Assembly (NCBI RefSeq): GCF_009914755.1
Contig: NC_060929.1
Length of the DNA: 64,000 nt
Source of the DNA: the human T2T-CHM13v2.0 reference genome, Homo sapiens
Reading direction: 5' to 3' (one strand)
The stretch's first letter is position 1. Each line of letters begins with the position of its first letter. Below, one piece after another: positions 45,271 through 61,592 of the stretch. The position numbers and the translations under genes were made by a program. The notes below the pieces were generated by a model. It was not told the DNA's origin, made no database searches, and saw nothing but the letters and a program-made list of their open reading frames with translations.

Positions 45271-46337
45271 ACTCTAGTTGTGCTGCAAATATAACAATAA
45301 ACTTACATTAAATATTAATTCGGGTTCTAAAACTACATACCTATATATTGGTGCATCAACTTCTTTTCAGCACATAGTTTTTTTGCTTTCTTCTTTGCAA
45401 TTTCAATGTCTCATGTCAGACCTCCCCATACTGTGCAAAGTGAAATATTCAAAATCCCATGTAGCCACATTTAGGATTTGTCTCTAACAGGTATAGTTAT
45501 ATCATTATAACATTTCATCTTTTAATATAAAAGTAGTAATTCCTCTTGTTTTGGGGACATAATGTTAAAATTGCTGCTTTTAACTTTTAGTTTATTTTTG
45601 AAAAAGGGATCGAAAATCACGTACTAAGACCGGGAACTAATCTCTCAAAAACCGAACAAATTTAAAGGAAAGTCCATTGCTGTCAATAACCATCCCATTA
45701 AGAATGCATGAATGGGTAAAATCAGGTTATTAATGACGGTTCTCAATGTAAATATTAGCATGTTCTAATAATATGTTATTTTGTAATCAGAGACATGATA
45801 ATAGCTTAATCGGGAGTTTATAGAAATCTAATTTTGATAGAAAATTATATTAAAATTATGAATGACAACTCTGTTTTGAGTCTATATATGTACACTGACT
45901 ATAACTACATAAGACAGATGAGAGTAATTTTTTTTTTCAGAAAACCTAGGGTAACCTGGAATTTATATATAGTTAAATGTAAACAAAATACGTGAAACTG
46001 TATTAAGTGACAGACAATTTTAATTATCTTTTAACTATCTAGGAAAAGCAAAGTTCTGGAAATAAATACTTCAACAAATTAATATTGACTATTTTCATTA
46101 CTGGGACTTTGGAGATTATTTCATTGTAGATGTCTATATTTTCTGAATTTTCTTAATAAACTTCAGAGTATGTAACATGTTTTTTAACAGTTTTAGGGTA
46201 GACATGATTAAATAACTATTTAATTTATAAATATGTATTTGACTATCTAGCAACCATTTTTCTCTTCTGAAACTAAAATGCATTCTGTATTAATCTCTGA
46301 ATGTGGCTCTCTTTTTCCATCTTGTATCTCTTATAAT

Positions 46338-46538
46338 ATTGGTGTCCAATAACACTTTCTGCAATGATGGAAATATTCTCATTTCTGTTCTGTTCAGTAG
46401 AGTGGTTACCAGCCAGTTATCATGAGCCCTTGAAGTGTGGCTGGTGTGACTGAGCACTAAATTTTAAATATTTTAATAAATTGAACTTTAAATTTAAATA
46501 ACTATAGGTAGCTAGCAGCTACCATATTGGACAGTACG
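46338..46538 (+). mobile_element. MER3 (hAT-Charlie MITE)
   Basis: Terminal inverted repeats tgtccaata ... tattggaca; actttctgcaatgatggaaat; about 200 bp. Confidence 0.85.
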
Positions 46539-47699
46539 TTTTTCTGTGACTAAAAAACACGTGCAAATAATAACTTTGAATTACAATGAGAATTGAGGTT
46601 AGAAAAGTAGAGGTTGATCTGTTATTAAATATGAAAACATCCTGAGCCCAGAAAATACAAAGTCCATTTAACTGACACAATTCAGGTTTCATTATTTTTC
46701 TGGTGTATTTCATCAGCAGATTTGAATACTAAGGAATTTCTTAATGGCTATTAAATATGCACTGTATGCCTGCGGATTTTACTTTTATGTTTTGTGGTTT
46801 GGAAGTGCAAGTGGGGTTTGAATTCACAGTAAAACTTAATGTACCTTTGGGAATGAACGCAACTGTGTTTCTAGTTGAACACATTAAGATATTGAACTAT
46901 TTTATTGAACTAATAAAAACTCGAATATTAAGTTAAGCAATATGTCATTGTATGCTTAGAGGAACTGAAAGAATAGTTTAATTTAATATTGAATACTTTA
47001 AAACAAGAACACATGTATTACAATTTAAAATGGTTATTATTGCTGCTTCAAATGAGCTAGTAAGTTTTACACCTATGTGAGCAGATTGAATTCTCTAGAA
47101 AATGTTCAGCATAAGAGTTTTTCTTTCTATATCTACATCCTGTATAGATATAATTTTTAGTATATATAATATGCAATTTTTGAATATATAATATGTAATT
47201 AATTATATAGTTATTTCACTAAGGTATCACTGTAAAATAACATTTCCTATTATATATGCAAATTACATGGGTGCACCTTACCATATTCATCACAGAAATG
47301 AAGGAATTCACTTAGTGGGCAAATATTATTTTTACTCTCCATGATATAGTATTAGGAGAACAGCATACTGAGAGTTTTATATTTCTTATTTTTGTAATAT
47401 TAAGTAAATCACTGTAGCATTCCTGAAAAGTGCTTGGAAAATGTTAATTAATTAGATAATTTTGTGTTAATCTAAGATTTCAAAGGGGATAATGAATTAA
47501 ATTTTAGTATAAATAATAATCCTATATGTTATGTATCTGTATATGTATAAGGAAGGTTTAATTTTAAGAAAAGTATGGAGTATGTATATCTTTGGAATAT
47601 TATAGTAGTACATTTATTTACTTTATATGCATCAATTTGGTTCCTTTGCTTTAGTGTAATGTTATGCTTCAGGATAAATTAAATTTCTTTAGAAAAGCT

Positions 47700-48170
47700 A
47701 ATAAGTGAAAAAACCTGGTAACTATGGGTGCTTCTTAGACCTTTAGCAGCATCTACTTCCCAGACACATTTGTCATAAGTGATCTGAATACATTTTTTGA
47801 TGTTTTACTGCTAACATGTTTCAACCTTCATCCTGCTCTCTTTCCCTTCCACCTCACATCTGGGAAAGCTAAGAAAGCCTGGATGTTCCTTTCTTTGGCA
47901 CTAGTGGGGGTTCAAACAGTGTAAGTGCCTGCCCATATGGGAATCCCCACTCTGGCCCTATCTTCTGACCATGAGAGAAAACCCCAAACCAGTCCTCTTT
48001 CCCTGCTTTCTCAAGCCATTTCTGGAACTGCTTGTGAGCCACCATGCTCTCTCCAGAAAGCCTCTCTTTGTGAGTAATACACCTTTTCATACTCTTAGTG
48101 TGTGTGTGTGGCATCATCCACTTCTACAACTCAACCAAATTTTTGAGTTGTGGTATATCCTATACATTAA
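47700..48170 (+). mobile_element. ERVL LTR (MER54/MER73/MER74 group)
   Basis: cacatctgggaaagctaagaaagcc; ccagaaagcctc...gtgagtaatacacc; gtgtgtgtggcatcatc. Confidence 0.6.
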
Positions 48171-51100
48171 TAGTGGTGGCAACAATCGGCACAATTATCT
48201 GGGTAGCTAGTGATGACTACCGCCACTGGTGAGCCTTCTTCCCTTGTTTGGCTTGCCAACTGGCTTGGCTGCCTGCTGGCGAGCCTGCAGTTGGAGCTGT
48301 TTCTTGCTGGCAAGCTTGCACTCTGAACTGTGCTACTTTGCGCTGAAAGTATTTTTTGCTGAATTCTACCCAGCCTCTGTTCCAGATTTAAAACTCCAAA
48401 GTCATAAATTTTGATAACTTCTATTTAGGAACAGAAGGATAGAATTGAATCTCTTCTTACAGTGCCCCTGGGTCATATGTCTTAGCCTGGACCTATTTGT
48501 GTATCTTAGATGCAATTTTTCATCTCAATTCCAGCTTAAGCCTTGTCTGACATTAGACTCAGGCGAATGACCCTTACCCTATGACCACTGCTTTTGTGTC
48601 TCAACCTGGAGCCGGCTCCATTTAATAGAGAGTTCAGGTGAAAGACTTACACTGTGTGTGATATATGGTCCCATCAGATGGTTGGTTGTGTAGAGAGGAG
48701 GCAGAAGAGTCAGTATTTAGATTTCTGAGTTCCACTTTCTTAAAAGCAGAAGGATAACTAGAATTCTATGAAATAAATTTTATTGTTTCTGCTGCTACCT
48801 ATGTCTCTATCAGAAAAAGATCTTGAGTTTCAGGATTATAAGAAAGCATATATGATACCCCTGTGATGCAGCTAAGAGTTTAATTCAGCCATTTTTATTA
48901 GGGAGGTGTTTAACCCTGGTGATATTGATTCCAGCCTATTTGAAGGAAGAAATATAAATATGAGCTGGGTAACAGTAATTATAAAAAGTAAAGAAAATAA
49001 TAAGAAAATTCTACCTAAATAGAAATCTAAGATTTGCTACAATAATGTATGTAGCTAACTGACAAAAAGGCACAGATCGGCTTTTGTACTTCTAAGACAT
49101 AGGTTCTAATTTAACTAGCATCTGCCGAAATGCACAACTGAAAAGGTTTCATGGCCTTAATTAACATTGAGGCTCAATTTACATTTGTGCCTCGGGATTC
49201 CACTAATTTTAAATAAGGTATCCCTCTAATCTTAGGGGATTATGGAACACAAAATAGGGAGCAAATAGATATTCCTCACCTTAACTATTACATTGCCTTG
49301 CCTAAATCCTTCATGGTTATGGTACCCATTGCCCTAAAATGTTCTTGAGTATGGCTAAAGACACTTTGATCAAATGAGTAATGAATTAAGATTAAAATAA
49401 GTCTTTGGCACTTGCAAATTGGCTTGAAAAAAAATGAGACCCCATTGTTCTTCCACTACGTTAAAATAGTTAACATGGTGCATTGTAAAGTCAATCAAGG
49501 ATTGAAATCAATCATAATAGGCCTATTCAGAGAAAGGGTGATTCGTTTCATTACTTCCACATTTATAGCCCAAGCTAGGCTCTTCTTAAACAGTTGATTA
49601 CCACAAGCTTAACACCACTTAATGCTATGAACCAACATCCTCTCAGATGAAGAAACGAAATATGCTTTTACCTGTGTACCCATGGGATACTTCAGCAGCT
49701 TCGATGTTGTACACAGTCTTTACTGGCAGGATCTTAAACATGCCCAACTTTCTCCAGGAGCACAGGTGTAAACTTACTGATAACATCCTCCTCCAGAGGA
49801 GATTCATTTGACACGCCCATTCAGTACACAAAGATACTCAAAAAGGAGTTCAAAAAATAAAATAAAATGAGGCATTGCCCCATACATAGCACAAAGCCCA
49901 CTATCCTGTTCAGAGTTCTGAAAATTATTTGGTAAACTGAGGGACACTCCATCCCTGACACTATCAAAAAAACACTATTGACCTTTTTATCACCCACAAT
50001 GTTAAAACAAGCCAAACATCTTTTAGGCATTTTTTTGTGCTCTGGAGGCAAAATATTTATCATTTACAAATTTTGCTTAAGATTATTTATGTTGTCATTC
50101 ATCATTACTTGCAAATCAGCCTAGCTTGCAAACAACCCCCTCCAACAAAGGGTGCTAAACATCTGTAAAAATCACAATAAAACAGCCACTCGATTTGTGT
50201 CCCCAGAGACTCCTTCACTATAGCATCTTTATAAACCTTCTCTCATGGTTCCCAGAGGCTTTGTTCTATAAGTTTATCACAATATTTTGTGTATGAGTTT
50301 CTTATGCAATAAATTGTGCTATCTGGCCTCACAGTATAGGTCATTAGAGAGGCAATTCCTGGTCACATACTGTACTCTCTTGAAAACAGAGGCCCTTCCA
50401 GACCGGAGATCCTTGACCCTTCCTACCCAGCTACCTACTCTGCCTTAGGTCATGGAAGAAGCAGCCCAAAAGCTTAGCACAGCTATTGAACTCCCTTGCT
50501 ATTGAAGCTCTCTTTGCTCAAAGATGGAGCAAAATGTGATCCTTCTTTCACATCTCACCTGCAATAGGAGGTAGCCTCCACTTTCTTTGACAGATACTAT
50601 GTTGCTGGAGAAGGTCATCCTCAGTCCTCTTGGCTACCTAGGGAGCCCCCTGGGATCAACTGAGTTAATAACAAATGGAGTTACTGTAATGTTCAGATGG
50701 CATCTGGAGGAAACCAAATATTTCATCCCAAAATATATTTCTTTGAGTTATGTTGAGATGGCTGTTCTGAGGGCCTGCAAACAGTAGTAGCCCTGCAAAA
50801 CTGTCTTTTGTGGGGGAGATTTGCATCTGTGGAGAAAATAGGCATTATGCAACCAGGCTTTCTCTGAAGGCCCTCCCTTGTCCAGATCTAGGAAAGATTA
50901 ACTGAAGGTCTGATAGCTTTGAAGACCTGAAAGAAACATTTACCATATTTTCTCCCTGAGGGTTAATACCTGTGAGAGATTTCATCTGCTTTACAAGACA
51001 AGACCATATTTGCTAGACAGGCATCCTCTTGTTTTCCGTCCCACAACCTGTTTTGCTGCCGTAACCTGTATTGTCTTGCTCCAAGGCCCCCATTCTTTTT

Positions 51101-51330
51101 CTGTAACTCCTGTGCATGTTAATACATTTGTAAGCTTTTTCCTTTTAATCTGCCTTTTGTCAGGTGACTTTTGAAAAAACTTTCAGAAAGCAAAGGGAAG
51201 CCTTGGCACCTACACATTGCCATCATCACATGTGATGGAGCTCATGGAGAATTACTGCTTTCCATCCTTTAACTAGGACATCCTAATAAAGATGGGACCC
51301 AAGGTCAGCACAATTAAGGTGATTTTTGAT
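48171..51330 (+). mobile_element. Degenerate ERVL internal region (pro/pol remnants), interrupted by MER34
   Basis: ALINIEAQFT (decayed DTG protease motif) near 49153; DYHKLN at 49596; YIDD-like ttactgataacatcctc near 49774. Confidence 0.6.
50705..51214 (+). mobile_element. MER34-family (ERV1) solo LTR
   Basis: tggaggaaaccaaatatttcatcccaaaatata ... ttggcacctaca; possible 4-bp TSD catc/catt. Confidence 0.75.
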
Positions 51331-51759
51331 AGATGATCAAAAACTAACAGTGGCATATTGATACAACTATATAATATACCTATATGTATATATGTCATTG
51401 CTAAGCAAAAACAAAATTACAACAAAACAGAAACACAGCAACAAAAATCTCTATTACACGCAGCAACATGAATGACTCAAAAATATGCTGACCAATAGAA
51501 AATACACAAAACAATATGTACGTGAAAGCTCACTTTTGTTTTTTAATATGTAATAACAGCACTATTTTCTGTAGAAAATATTCTCATATGTAGGAAATAT
51601 ATACTTTGCAGTTTCATAATACGTGCAACGTGCAGAAAATATAAAATGGTTCAGCCATGTCATTAAATAAATGAATAAATAAATGATACACTGATAGATG
51701 TAGATGTATAGAGGCAAATATAACACAATAATTACCAATTTTATAACCTATCTACTTTT

Positions 51760-52056
<297 letters not shown>

Positions 52057-52291
52057 TAACCTAACTACTTTTTTAACTTTTCTGACTTTACTAATATTTA
52101 TAGTACAATTGGAAGGAGTGTAAGAGGAAAAGTAACCAATTTCAATTAATTTGTGAAAGTGAGAACTCAGATAATATAAAAAACCAATAGATCTGAATAA
52201 TTTTATATTAAACTATACATTGAATATTTAGAATAAAAAGCCTTTGTTTTTTATACTTTGGGGTTTTTTTGCTTACTCTTAAATTGTGTAA

Positions 52292-52654
<363 letters not shown>

Positions 52655-52984
52655 TAATAGTTATATTGGTTTTTTTAATTTCATGTCTTCTATACCATAT
52701 ATTTAACTTTCCTCCATTTTCTTCTATATGTAAAGTTATCATCTTCTGAGATTTCTTTATTCTGTTCAAAAAATTCACTTCATTTCTGCTTTGACCACAA
52801 GATGTCTCCTGCCGCATTGACTTCAGTAAATGGTAATTTAAACTGCTAGTAACACCATATTTAATAACATTTTATTTTTAAAATTATATATATCTTAGTG
52901 GTGATTCTCTACAGAACCTAGAGAGAATTCCTTTTGAAATAAATTGATTAGAAAAAACTTACCCCTTTTTCACTTAACATAAAA

Positions 52985-53712
<728 letters not shown>

Positions 53713-54010
53713 AATTACATTTTTTAAAAAAAATTCAATGCTTATAAAATCTTAAAAACACCATGCACTTAGGAATTAATATAATCACAGTTGTATAGAA
53801 TACGCCTCCCGGAAACTCATACTCTTTAGAGAAATTTTAAAACACCTAAATAAATGGAAAGACAAAAAATGAAAAAAAAAAGATACTACTACAATACAAA
53901 CAAGCAAACAAAACACACTTTCAATTTCCTTATGGCTTAGTATCCATGAATTCAAAATGAGACGTTTTACTCGGTGTCAATTTCATGGCAAGCCCTGCGA
54001 TGACTATTAG

Positions 54011-54350
<340 letters not shown>

Positions 54351-54599
54351 TTATGACACCATTTTATAATGTCTATCTCTTTGTTTTATGCTATTCTATA
54401 CACCTGAAAGATACAAAGATTTCTCAGAGGCATTTTCATCAGCTAATCATTTAATATGTTAACAAATTCTTTAGTGCAAAAAATAAAATTGGAGTCATAA
54501 GATATCAAGAATGTATTCAAATAATATAGTGATTTTGAGATATTTTCTCTCAAAGCCCAACCTTCTCTACTTACTTTGTGCTGCTGTTGCAAGGACTTG

Positions 54600-56300
54600 G
54601 CCAAAACATTTCTCTTTTGCCAGCTTGATATAAGTTTAGCTCTTCCCTTAGGAATCTCCACAGGGGTAAGTTGGTGTCTGGAAGGAGGAGTAACATACCA
54701 CTTGCTTCTTTGTGTTTTCTTGCTTGATCATGTGGACATCCCTTCAGCAATTTCTTCATCAGTGTATTTCAGTTAGATATCTTTCCACTGTATTATAAAC
54801 AGTCCCATTGAACTTCCCTAGAAGCATCCAAAATTATTTGGCAGGTGGCTCTATGCCAAGCTTTGAATTCTGAACACCAGTGGGTCTAACTGGTTTGCAT
54901 AGCACTATAGAAGGACCATCATCACAAGCAGTCACAAAAGACCTTGAGGTAGAGTGGTTTCAGTGAAAGTGTGCATGAAAAGTGACTACTGCAGCTCAAC
55001 CAGATTCAACTGACCAAGAATAAATGGGCAGTGCTCCTATTTGACTTGTGGCTACCCCTTGTACCATGCAAATCTGCCTATGCTCTATACTAGTCTACTC
55101 TGTTATGGATGCTTTGAAGTAACAGCTGATCATAATGTCTAAAAATGTTGTGATACCAGAAGTCTAGTGGAATAAGCTATAGCTCCTCCTGCAGCAATTA
55201 CTCCTAAGACCTTAGTTAATATTCATCTTTCTTAACCAATCTTAGAATGTCAGCTGGTTGGTTTACTTGTCCACTAGAGTGGTGTAGACATAGATTCTCA
55301 AAACTTTTGGTCATCTAGTTACCTTGCCTTGTCAGGCCATGGTCACCGCAGCTGGCAGGTGACTACTGTCACCAAGTTTGGAAGTACCCAGAGGCAGCTC
55401 ATTGAATTAATCGAATTCCATACTTACTCTTTCCTCTCCTCATCATGTTGCAGCATTCCTAGTACTTCATAACATTCTAGAAAATTTGCCCACTAGTAGA
55501 ATAATGTCTTTCTTTGCCTGATGATCTAGCATCAGTATTTAAAGTCTAAAGTGACATGATAGCATCCATAGCATTAGTTCATGGAAAGGATTCCTTCCCC
55601 CCACCCTATAGGTGTTATCAGCTATAAAACCTCATAGATGAAAAAGATTGAGGAGCACAGATTTTGCAATTGGTAATTGAAAGCGATGGTAATAAAAAGC
55701 AATTCTGCCACCACACAGTGATTCCTGGATGCAAGTCTTCTACCCATTGAATCTCAGCAAGATATAACAAACATTGGTTCAATATGTGTACCATATCATG
55801 TCCAATAATATACTCCAGTAACATATTTCAGCACCTACTTGGTGATTTCATGGAAATTTTAAAAGAACACTGCAATGCTCTACTGGACACTGTTATCAGC
55901 ATCAGTTTGGCAGTGTCTTCTCTCTGGATCTCAGTTCTTCTGGGTCTTTCACCTAATTTATGCAACCTAATAATCCTAACTTCATCAATTGCTCCTCCCA
56001 ATGTAACAGAGTGACTGTAACTCTCTAATATCTTGATGTCCATCTCATTTATTTTGTTCTTTGCAATCTCCATTACCAGTTCAAATAATTCTTTATGGCA
56101 TCTTACCTGTGTTAGAATAACTAGTATACTTTCTGTATTCTTGATTAGCACCAGAGAACCAGAGAAACTTTGAGCCACACATGGCCTTTTATTTAATGTA
56201 GTATAACATTCTGAAGGTAGAGAATGGGGAGGGGAATTGTAAAGAAGAAATTAGTGTCAAACCCACTACAGAGATACTGTGGCCATGGTTACAATTGAAG
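54600..56300 (-). mobile_element. Ancient ERVL/MaLR internal remnant
   Basis: Minus-strand HDMVHILNQCLLY resembles the ERV-L integrase C-terminal QDAVYALNQRPLY. Boundaries approximate. Confidence 0.5.
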
Positions 56301-58112
56301 TCCAAGTAACCAAATGTTTTTTTAAGTCATAAGAAAGTGGTACCTTGTGGAATGTTGTCATTAGAGGATAAGCCATAGCAGCAGGAATAGGGAGAAACAC
56401 CAAAGAGAAGCTCAACTCTTGAAAATGTTATCTCTTTATAAATGAAGGGCAAAAAAATAGAAACCACTTTGGTACTTAACACTATTAAAAGATTTCTAAG
56501 CTAGATAACATAGTCCAGAATATATTCATATTATATAGAAATTCAAACAATGTCTTTACCAGGATTTGTACAAACCATGTGCAATTGTAATTAGAAAGCA
56601 GAGTGGTCCCATGAGTGGGAGTTGACACTGTAATTTAGTGACCAAAAACCAGAAGTGTCATACCTCCTACAATGCATGGGCCTTCACAGGACAATGAAAG
56701 ACTCCCTCCCCCAGTACCAGCAACATTCTCATTGAGAAACATCATCTCAGATGCTAGTTCTAAAATGTTTTCTAATGACATATTTTCTAAAATCGCTTCC
56801 TTGCATTTTACCTTATATACCATCTGGCTCATGTAATACTTTAGTAAAGAAAACATTTAACTAATGAATCTAAAAACGTTAACTGAATAAATCTTAAGCA
56901 CAAGATTCTTGAGTTTTGTAATATACAGCCTTCGGAATTACATAAGTACTTTCTATTAATCTTATTCAATTTGGAAAGGCACAGATATTCTCAAGATTTC
57001 AAAGCTGTTTATGTCAAAACAGTGATAAATATTTGCAGATTTTTCTCAGTAGAATCAAACAGTTTTGCAAATGTTTTGCTTTTAAAATAGCGTAAAACTT
57101 TGACTTCATTTTTTCACAAATTTCCTGCTCATAATTCTTTTCTTTGTAAATATTTATATGAAGTAGTCAGGATATAAACCTTGAAAGCTGAAAAAAAATG
57201 TGGATTATTTGTGGAAGGAAAAAAAGTTTTGCTGGAATCACTGCTAGTGGTTGGCAATGTGAGAATGAAAATATTCAATGCTTTATATCTGGTGCAGTTG
57301 TAAATGTGAAAACTTTGCAAATGGATTTGAACTAAGTAAATGGCATATACAGAGAAAATTCAGAAAAAATAATATCTAATTGTGAAGTATGTTTTTGTAT
57401 AAAATGCAGCCTAGAATCTATTAAAAATCTCTCATCTCAGATTTTGTCTGGGATAATGTTTTTCTGATATACTTTATAACTTTCTCAGGAGAACAATAAT
57501 ATTGCTATTAAAGTGTTCTAGGGATTTTTCTGACTTTAAAGAGATTAAGAATTCATTCTAAAAAAAATTAGAAATAAACATTCAGTGGAAAGGCCATTCT
57601 TACAATCTTTAAACAGCTATTTATTTAATCTATCACATGTTGTTGTTGTTTGTTTGTATGTTGTTTTTTGTACATAAATGCCTCTATGAAGAATAAACAA
57701 TAAAATGACTTTTTAAGGCATTTCTTCCGTCTTTTCTTTGGCAATTTGCAATAAAACTTTGATGTATCTTACAATGAAGTTGTCTGAAAGGTTGCTAGAG
57801 TAATGCAGGTGGTTTACTGAGTTCATTACTGAATGAAAACTATTAAAATTTCAGGAATAGAAACTGATTATTGGTTATTATTGAATTATTATTAATATAT
57901 GGTTATGTTCATTACAGACTATAATTTGTAATTATTAATAAAAACTGATCATTAGATTCTTAATAATATAAAAGTTGTGATCCGATTAATATCCATGAAT
58001 ACAATTATGAGCACAAACAACTTTTTCATGTTGAAATACTAATACATTTCAAGAATTGAGCGTAGCTGACTTCTAAGCAGCCCCACTAAAAATGCCCTTC
58101 CAGGCTGCTTTA

Positions 58113-58575
58113 CAATGAGAAAGAGCTTCTCACCCTCGAGTTATGGGGATGGCTGAACCCATGACATCTGACCCTGGGCAGATGAAATCGGCAGCAGTTT
58201 ATTAGACACAAATACTCACACACCAGGGGAGGACAACATAGCATGCTATTCAAGGTCACACAGGGATTGTACTTGGGAATAGATTGAAGAAGCAGGAACT
58301 GTGGGAGGCAGGTTTTGTAGTAGCAAAAGTGTGGGGTAAACCCTGGTCCCCAAAGAAGGGTGTGATTGGCTTTTTTGAGTAATTTCACTGGATGGCAAGG
58401 AAATGAAATCTGCTACTAAGGGGTAAGCAGGAATCGTACCTGCTCTGCATGGAAAGGAGGAGACTTTATCCGTGGGAGCAGTTGGGAAGAAGAGCTTGTA
58501 GTATAACAATGTGAAGACTTGCTGGATTTTCCTAGATGTCAAGGCAACATGTAGTACTGAAGACTTCTACCACAC
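58113..58575 (-). mobile_element. Solo LTR (MER70/MER76-like)
   Basis: cagatgaaatcggcagcagtttattagacac (minus-strand AATAAA); minus-strand start tgtggtagaagtcttcagt. Confidence 0.55.
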
Positions 58576-58714
58576 CTTTCTTCTATTGACTTTCACAATT
58601 ATTTTAAGCTATTACCTTAAGAAATGGACCAAAAATGTGTCAGTCATATAAAATATTTTATTTCTGTGGCTAATGTTTATCATAATCATTTGAATCTATG
58701 TTTAAGAGTGGGTT

Positions 58715-58870
58715 TGCGGTGTAAGGGAGTGAGGACTGAGAAATTCTTGTGGGGCACAATGTTTAATATTTAGATGATGGGCACACTAGAAGGTCAACCT
58801 CACCATTATGCAACATACCCATGTAACAAACTTACAATATACCCCCTGAATCTATAAAAATATAATAAAT
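58715..58870 (+). mobile_element. L1PB/L1MA 3' end fragment
   Basis: gatgggcacactagaag...catgtaacaaacttacaatataccccctgaatcta. Confidence 0.75.
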
Positions 58871-59040
58871 ACTAACTAGAGAAAACTACAAAAAAGAACG
58901 TAAACATTATCTAATTTCAAAAGTCCTTTAAAAAAGAATGGATCCAGTCACTCATTCTTAACATTTATAAAAAGATAAATCTCTATGAAATCTATCATAA
59001 ATTCATGAATGCATGGAAATTAGAAAGTGTACAGGGCATG

Positions 59041-61425
59041 TGCATTAGTCCATCTTCACATGGTTATAGAGGACTACCTGAGAGTGAGTAATTTATAGAG
59101 AAAAGAGGTTTAATGGAATCACAGTTCCACAGGCTGTACAGGAAGCATGGCTGAGAGGCCTCAGGAAACTTACAATCATGGTGGAAAGCAGAGGGGATGC
59201 AAGCACATATTTATACTGCAGGAAAGAGAGAGAGAGTAAAGGGGGAGGTGCTACACACTTTTAAACCATCAGATCTCAGGAGAACTCGCTCACTATTACG
59301 AGAATAGCAAGGGGGAAATCCACCTCGATGATTCAATCACCTCCCACCAGGTCTCTCCCTCAACATTAGGAATTACAATTCAATATGAGATTTGAGTGGG
59401 GGCAAAAATCAAGCCATATCATTCCGCTCCTAGACCCTCCCGAATCTCACGTTCTTCTTACATTTCAAAACACTATCCTGCCTTCCCAACAGTCCCCGAA
59501 GTCTTAACTCATTCCAGCATTAACTCAAAATTCTACAGTCCAAAGTCTCATCTGAGAAAAGGCAAGTCCCTTCTGCCTATTAGCCTGTAAAATAAAAATA
59601 ATAATAATAAAAGTTATTTACCTCCAAGATACAGTGGGGGTACAGGCATTGGGTAAATGGTCCTGTTCCAAGTGGGAGAAATTGGTCAGAATAAAGGGAT
59701 TATGGGCCCCATGCAAGCTCAAAACCCAGCAGGGCAGTCATTAAATCTTAAAGCTTCAAAATAATCTCCTTTGAGTCCATGTCTTACATCCAGGACATGG
59801 GGATGCAAGAGGTAGGCTCCTAAGGCCTTGCCCAGCTCCATTCCCGTGGAGGGTACAGCACCTGCAGCTGCATTCATGGGCTGGTGTTGAGTGCCTACGA
59901 CTTTTCCAGGCTCAGGGTGCAAGCTGTCAGTGGATTTACCATTCTGGAATCTGGAAGACAGCGGACCTCGTCTCACAACTCCACTATACAGTGACCCAGT
60001 GAGGACTCTTTGTGAAGGCTCCAATCTCACATTTTCCCTCCACACTGCCCTAGTAGAGTTTTTCCATGAGGGATCTACACCTGCAGCAGACTTCTGCCTA
60101 GACATCCAGGTGTTTTCATACATCCTCTGAAATCTAGGTAGAGGCTCCCAAACCTCAATTCTTGCCTTCTGTGCACCTGCAGGCCCAACACCATGTAGAA
60201 GCCACAAAAGCCCGAGGCTTGAACCACCTGAAGCAATGGCCTAAGCTGTACCTTGGCCCTTTTTAGTGACAAATGGAGGTAGAGTGGCTAGGATGAAGGG
60301 TGCCATGTCCCGAGGCTGCACAGAGCATCAGGGCCCTGGGTCTGGCTCATAAAACCATTCTTTTCCTCCTAGGCCTCTAAGCCTGTGATATAAGGGGCTG
60401 CCATGAAGCTATCTGAAATGTCCTGAAGTCATATTCCCCATTGTCTTGGCTATTAACATTCAACTCTTTATTTACTTCTGCAAATTTCTGCAGCCTTGAA
60501 TTCTTCCTCCAGAAAATTGCTTTTCCTTTTATACTGCATGGTTGGGCTGCAAAATTTTCCAAATGTTTATGCCCTGCATCCCTTTTAAATATAAGTTCTA
60601 GTTTCAAATTTTCTCTCTGTTTATGCAAATGAGCATAGGCTTTCAGAAGCGGCCAGGCCATGTCTTGCACACTTTGCTTCTTAGAATTTTTTTCTGCCAG
60701 ATACTCTAAATCATCTCTCTCAAGTTCAAAGTTTTACAGATCTCCAAAGCATGGACACAAGGCTGCCAATCTTTTTTGCTAAAGCATAAGAAAAGTGACC
60801 TTTAGTCCAGATCCAAGTAAGTTCCTCATCTCCATCTGAGACCATCTCAGCCTGTACTTCACTGTCCATATTACTATCAGCATTTTGGTCACAACCATTA
60901 AACAAGTCACTAGGAAGTTCCAAACTTTCCCTTATCTTTCTATGTTCTCCAGGGCCCTCCAAACTATTCCAACCTCTGCCCATTAACCAGTTCCAAAGTC
61001 ACTCCCACATTTTCAGGTATATTTATAGCAAAACTCCCCTTCTCTTGTACCAATTTTCTGTATTAGTTTGTTTTCTCGCTGCTATAAAGAATTACCTGAG
61101 GCTGGGTAATTTATGAAAAAATAGATTTAATTGACTTACAGTTCTATAGACTGTACAGGAGTCATTCCTGGGAGGCCTCAGAAAACTTACAATCATGGTG
61201 GAAGGTGAAGAGGAAGCAAACATATCTTCACATGACAGCAGGAGCGAGTGAGAGGGAAGGGGAAAGTCCCTCACACTTTTAAAGCATCAGAACTTGTGAG
61301 AACACACTCAGCAGAACAGCAAGGGGAAACCCTCTCTTGTGATCCAATAACCTCCCACCAGCCCCCACAAAACACTGGGAATTACAATTCAAAATGAGGT
61401 GGGGACATGAAGCCAAACCATATCA
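59041..61425 (-). mobile_element. Complete MaLR element, MSTA-like: 3' LTR 59041-59421, internal 59422-61058, 5' LTR 61059-61425
   Basis: Two homologous LTRs (tg[c/t]attagt ... ccatatca) flank ~1.6 kb of internal sequence with MST/THE1-int ORF remnants (WNSLEG, EVQAEMVSDGDEEL, RIEVWEPLPRFQRMY). Confidence 0.93.
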
Positions 61426-61592
61426 ATATGGCAATCATTTTTCAAAACATTATTATACTTCAATTTCTTTATTTGTATATATAAATGTTTATCTTGTCAG
61501 AGCATTGTGTGTTTTGCTCTGAAAATTTCTACTGAAGAGAAAAAAAGATGCATCTAGTGGTATGTATTGACAACCAGGTTCTAAAAGTATGG

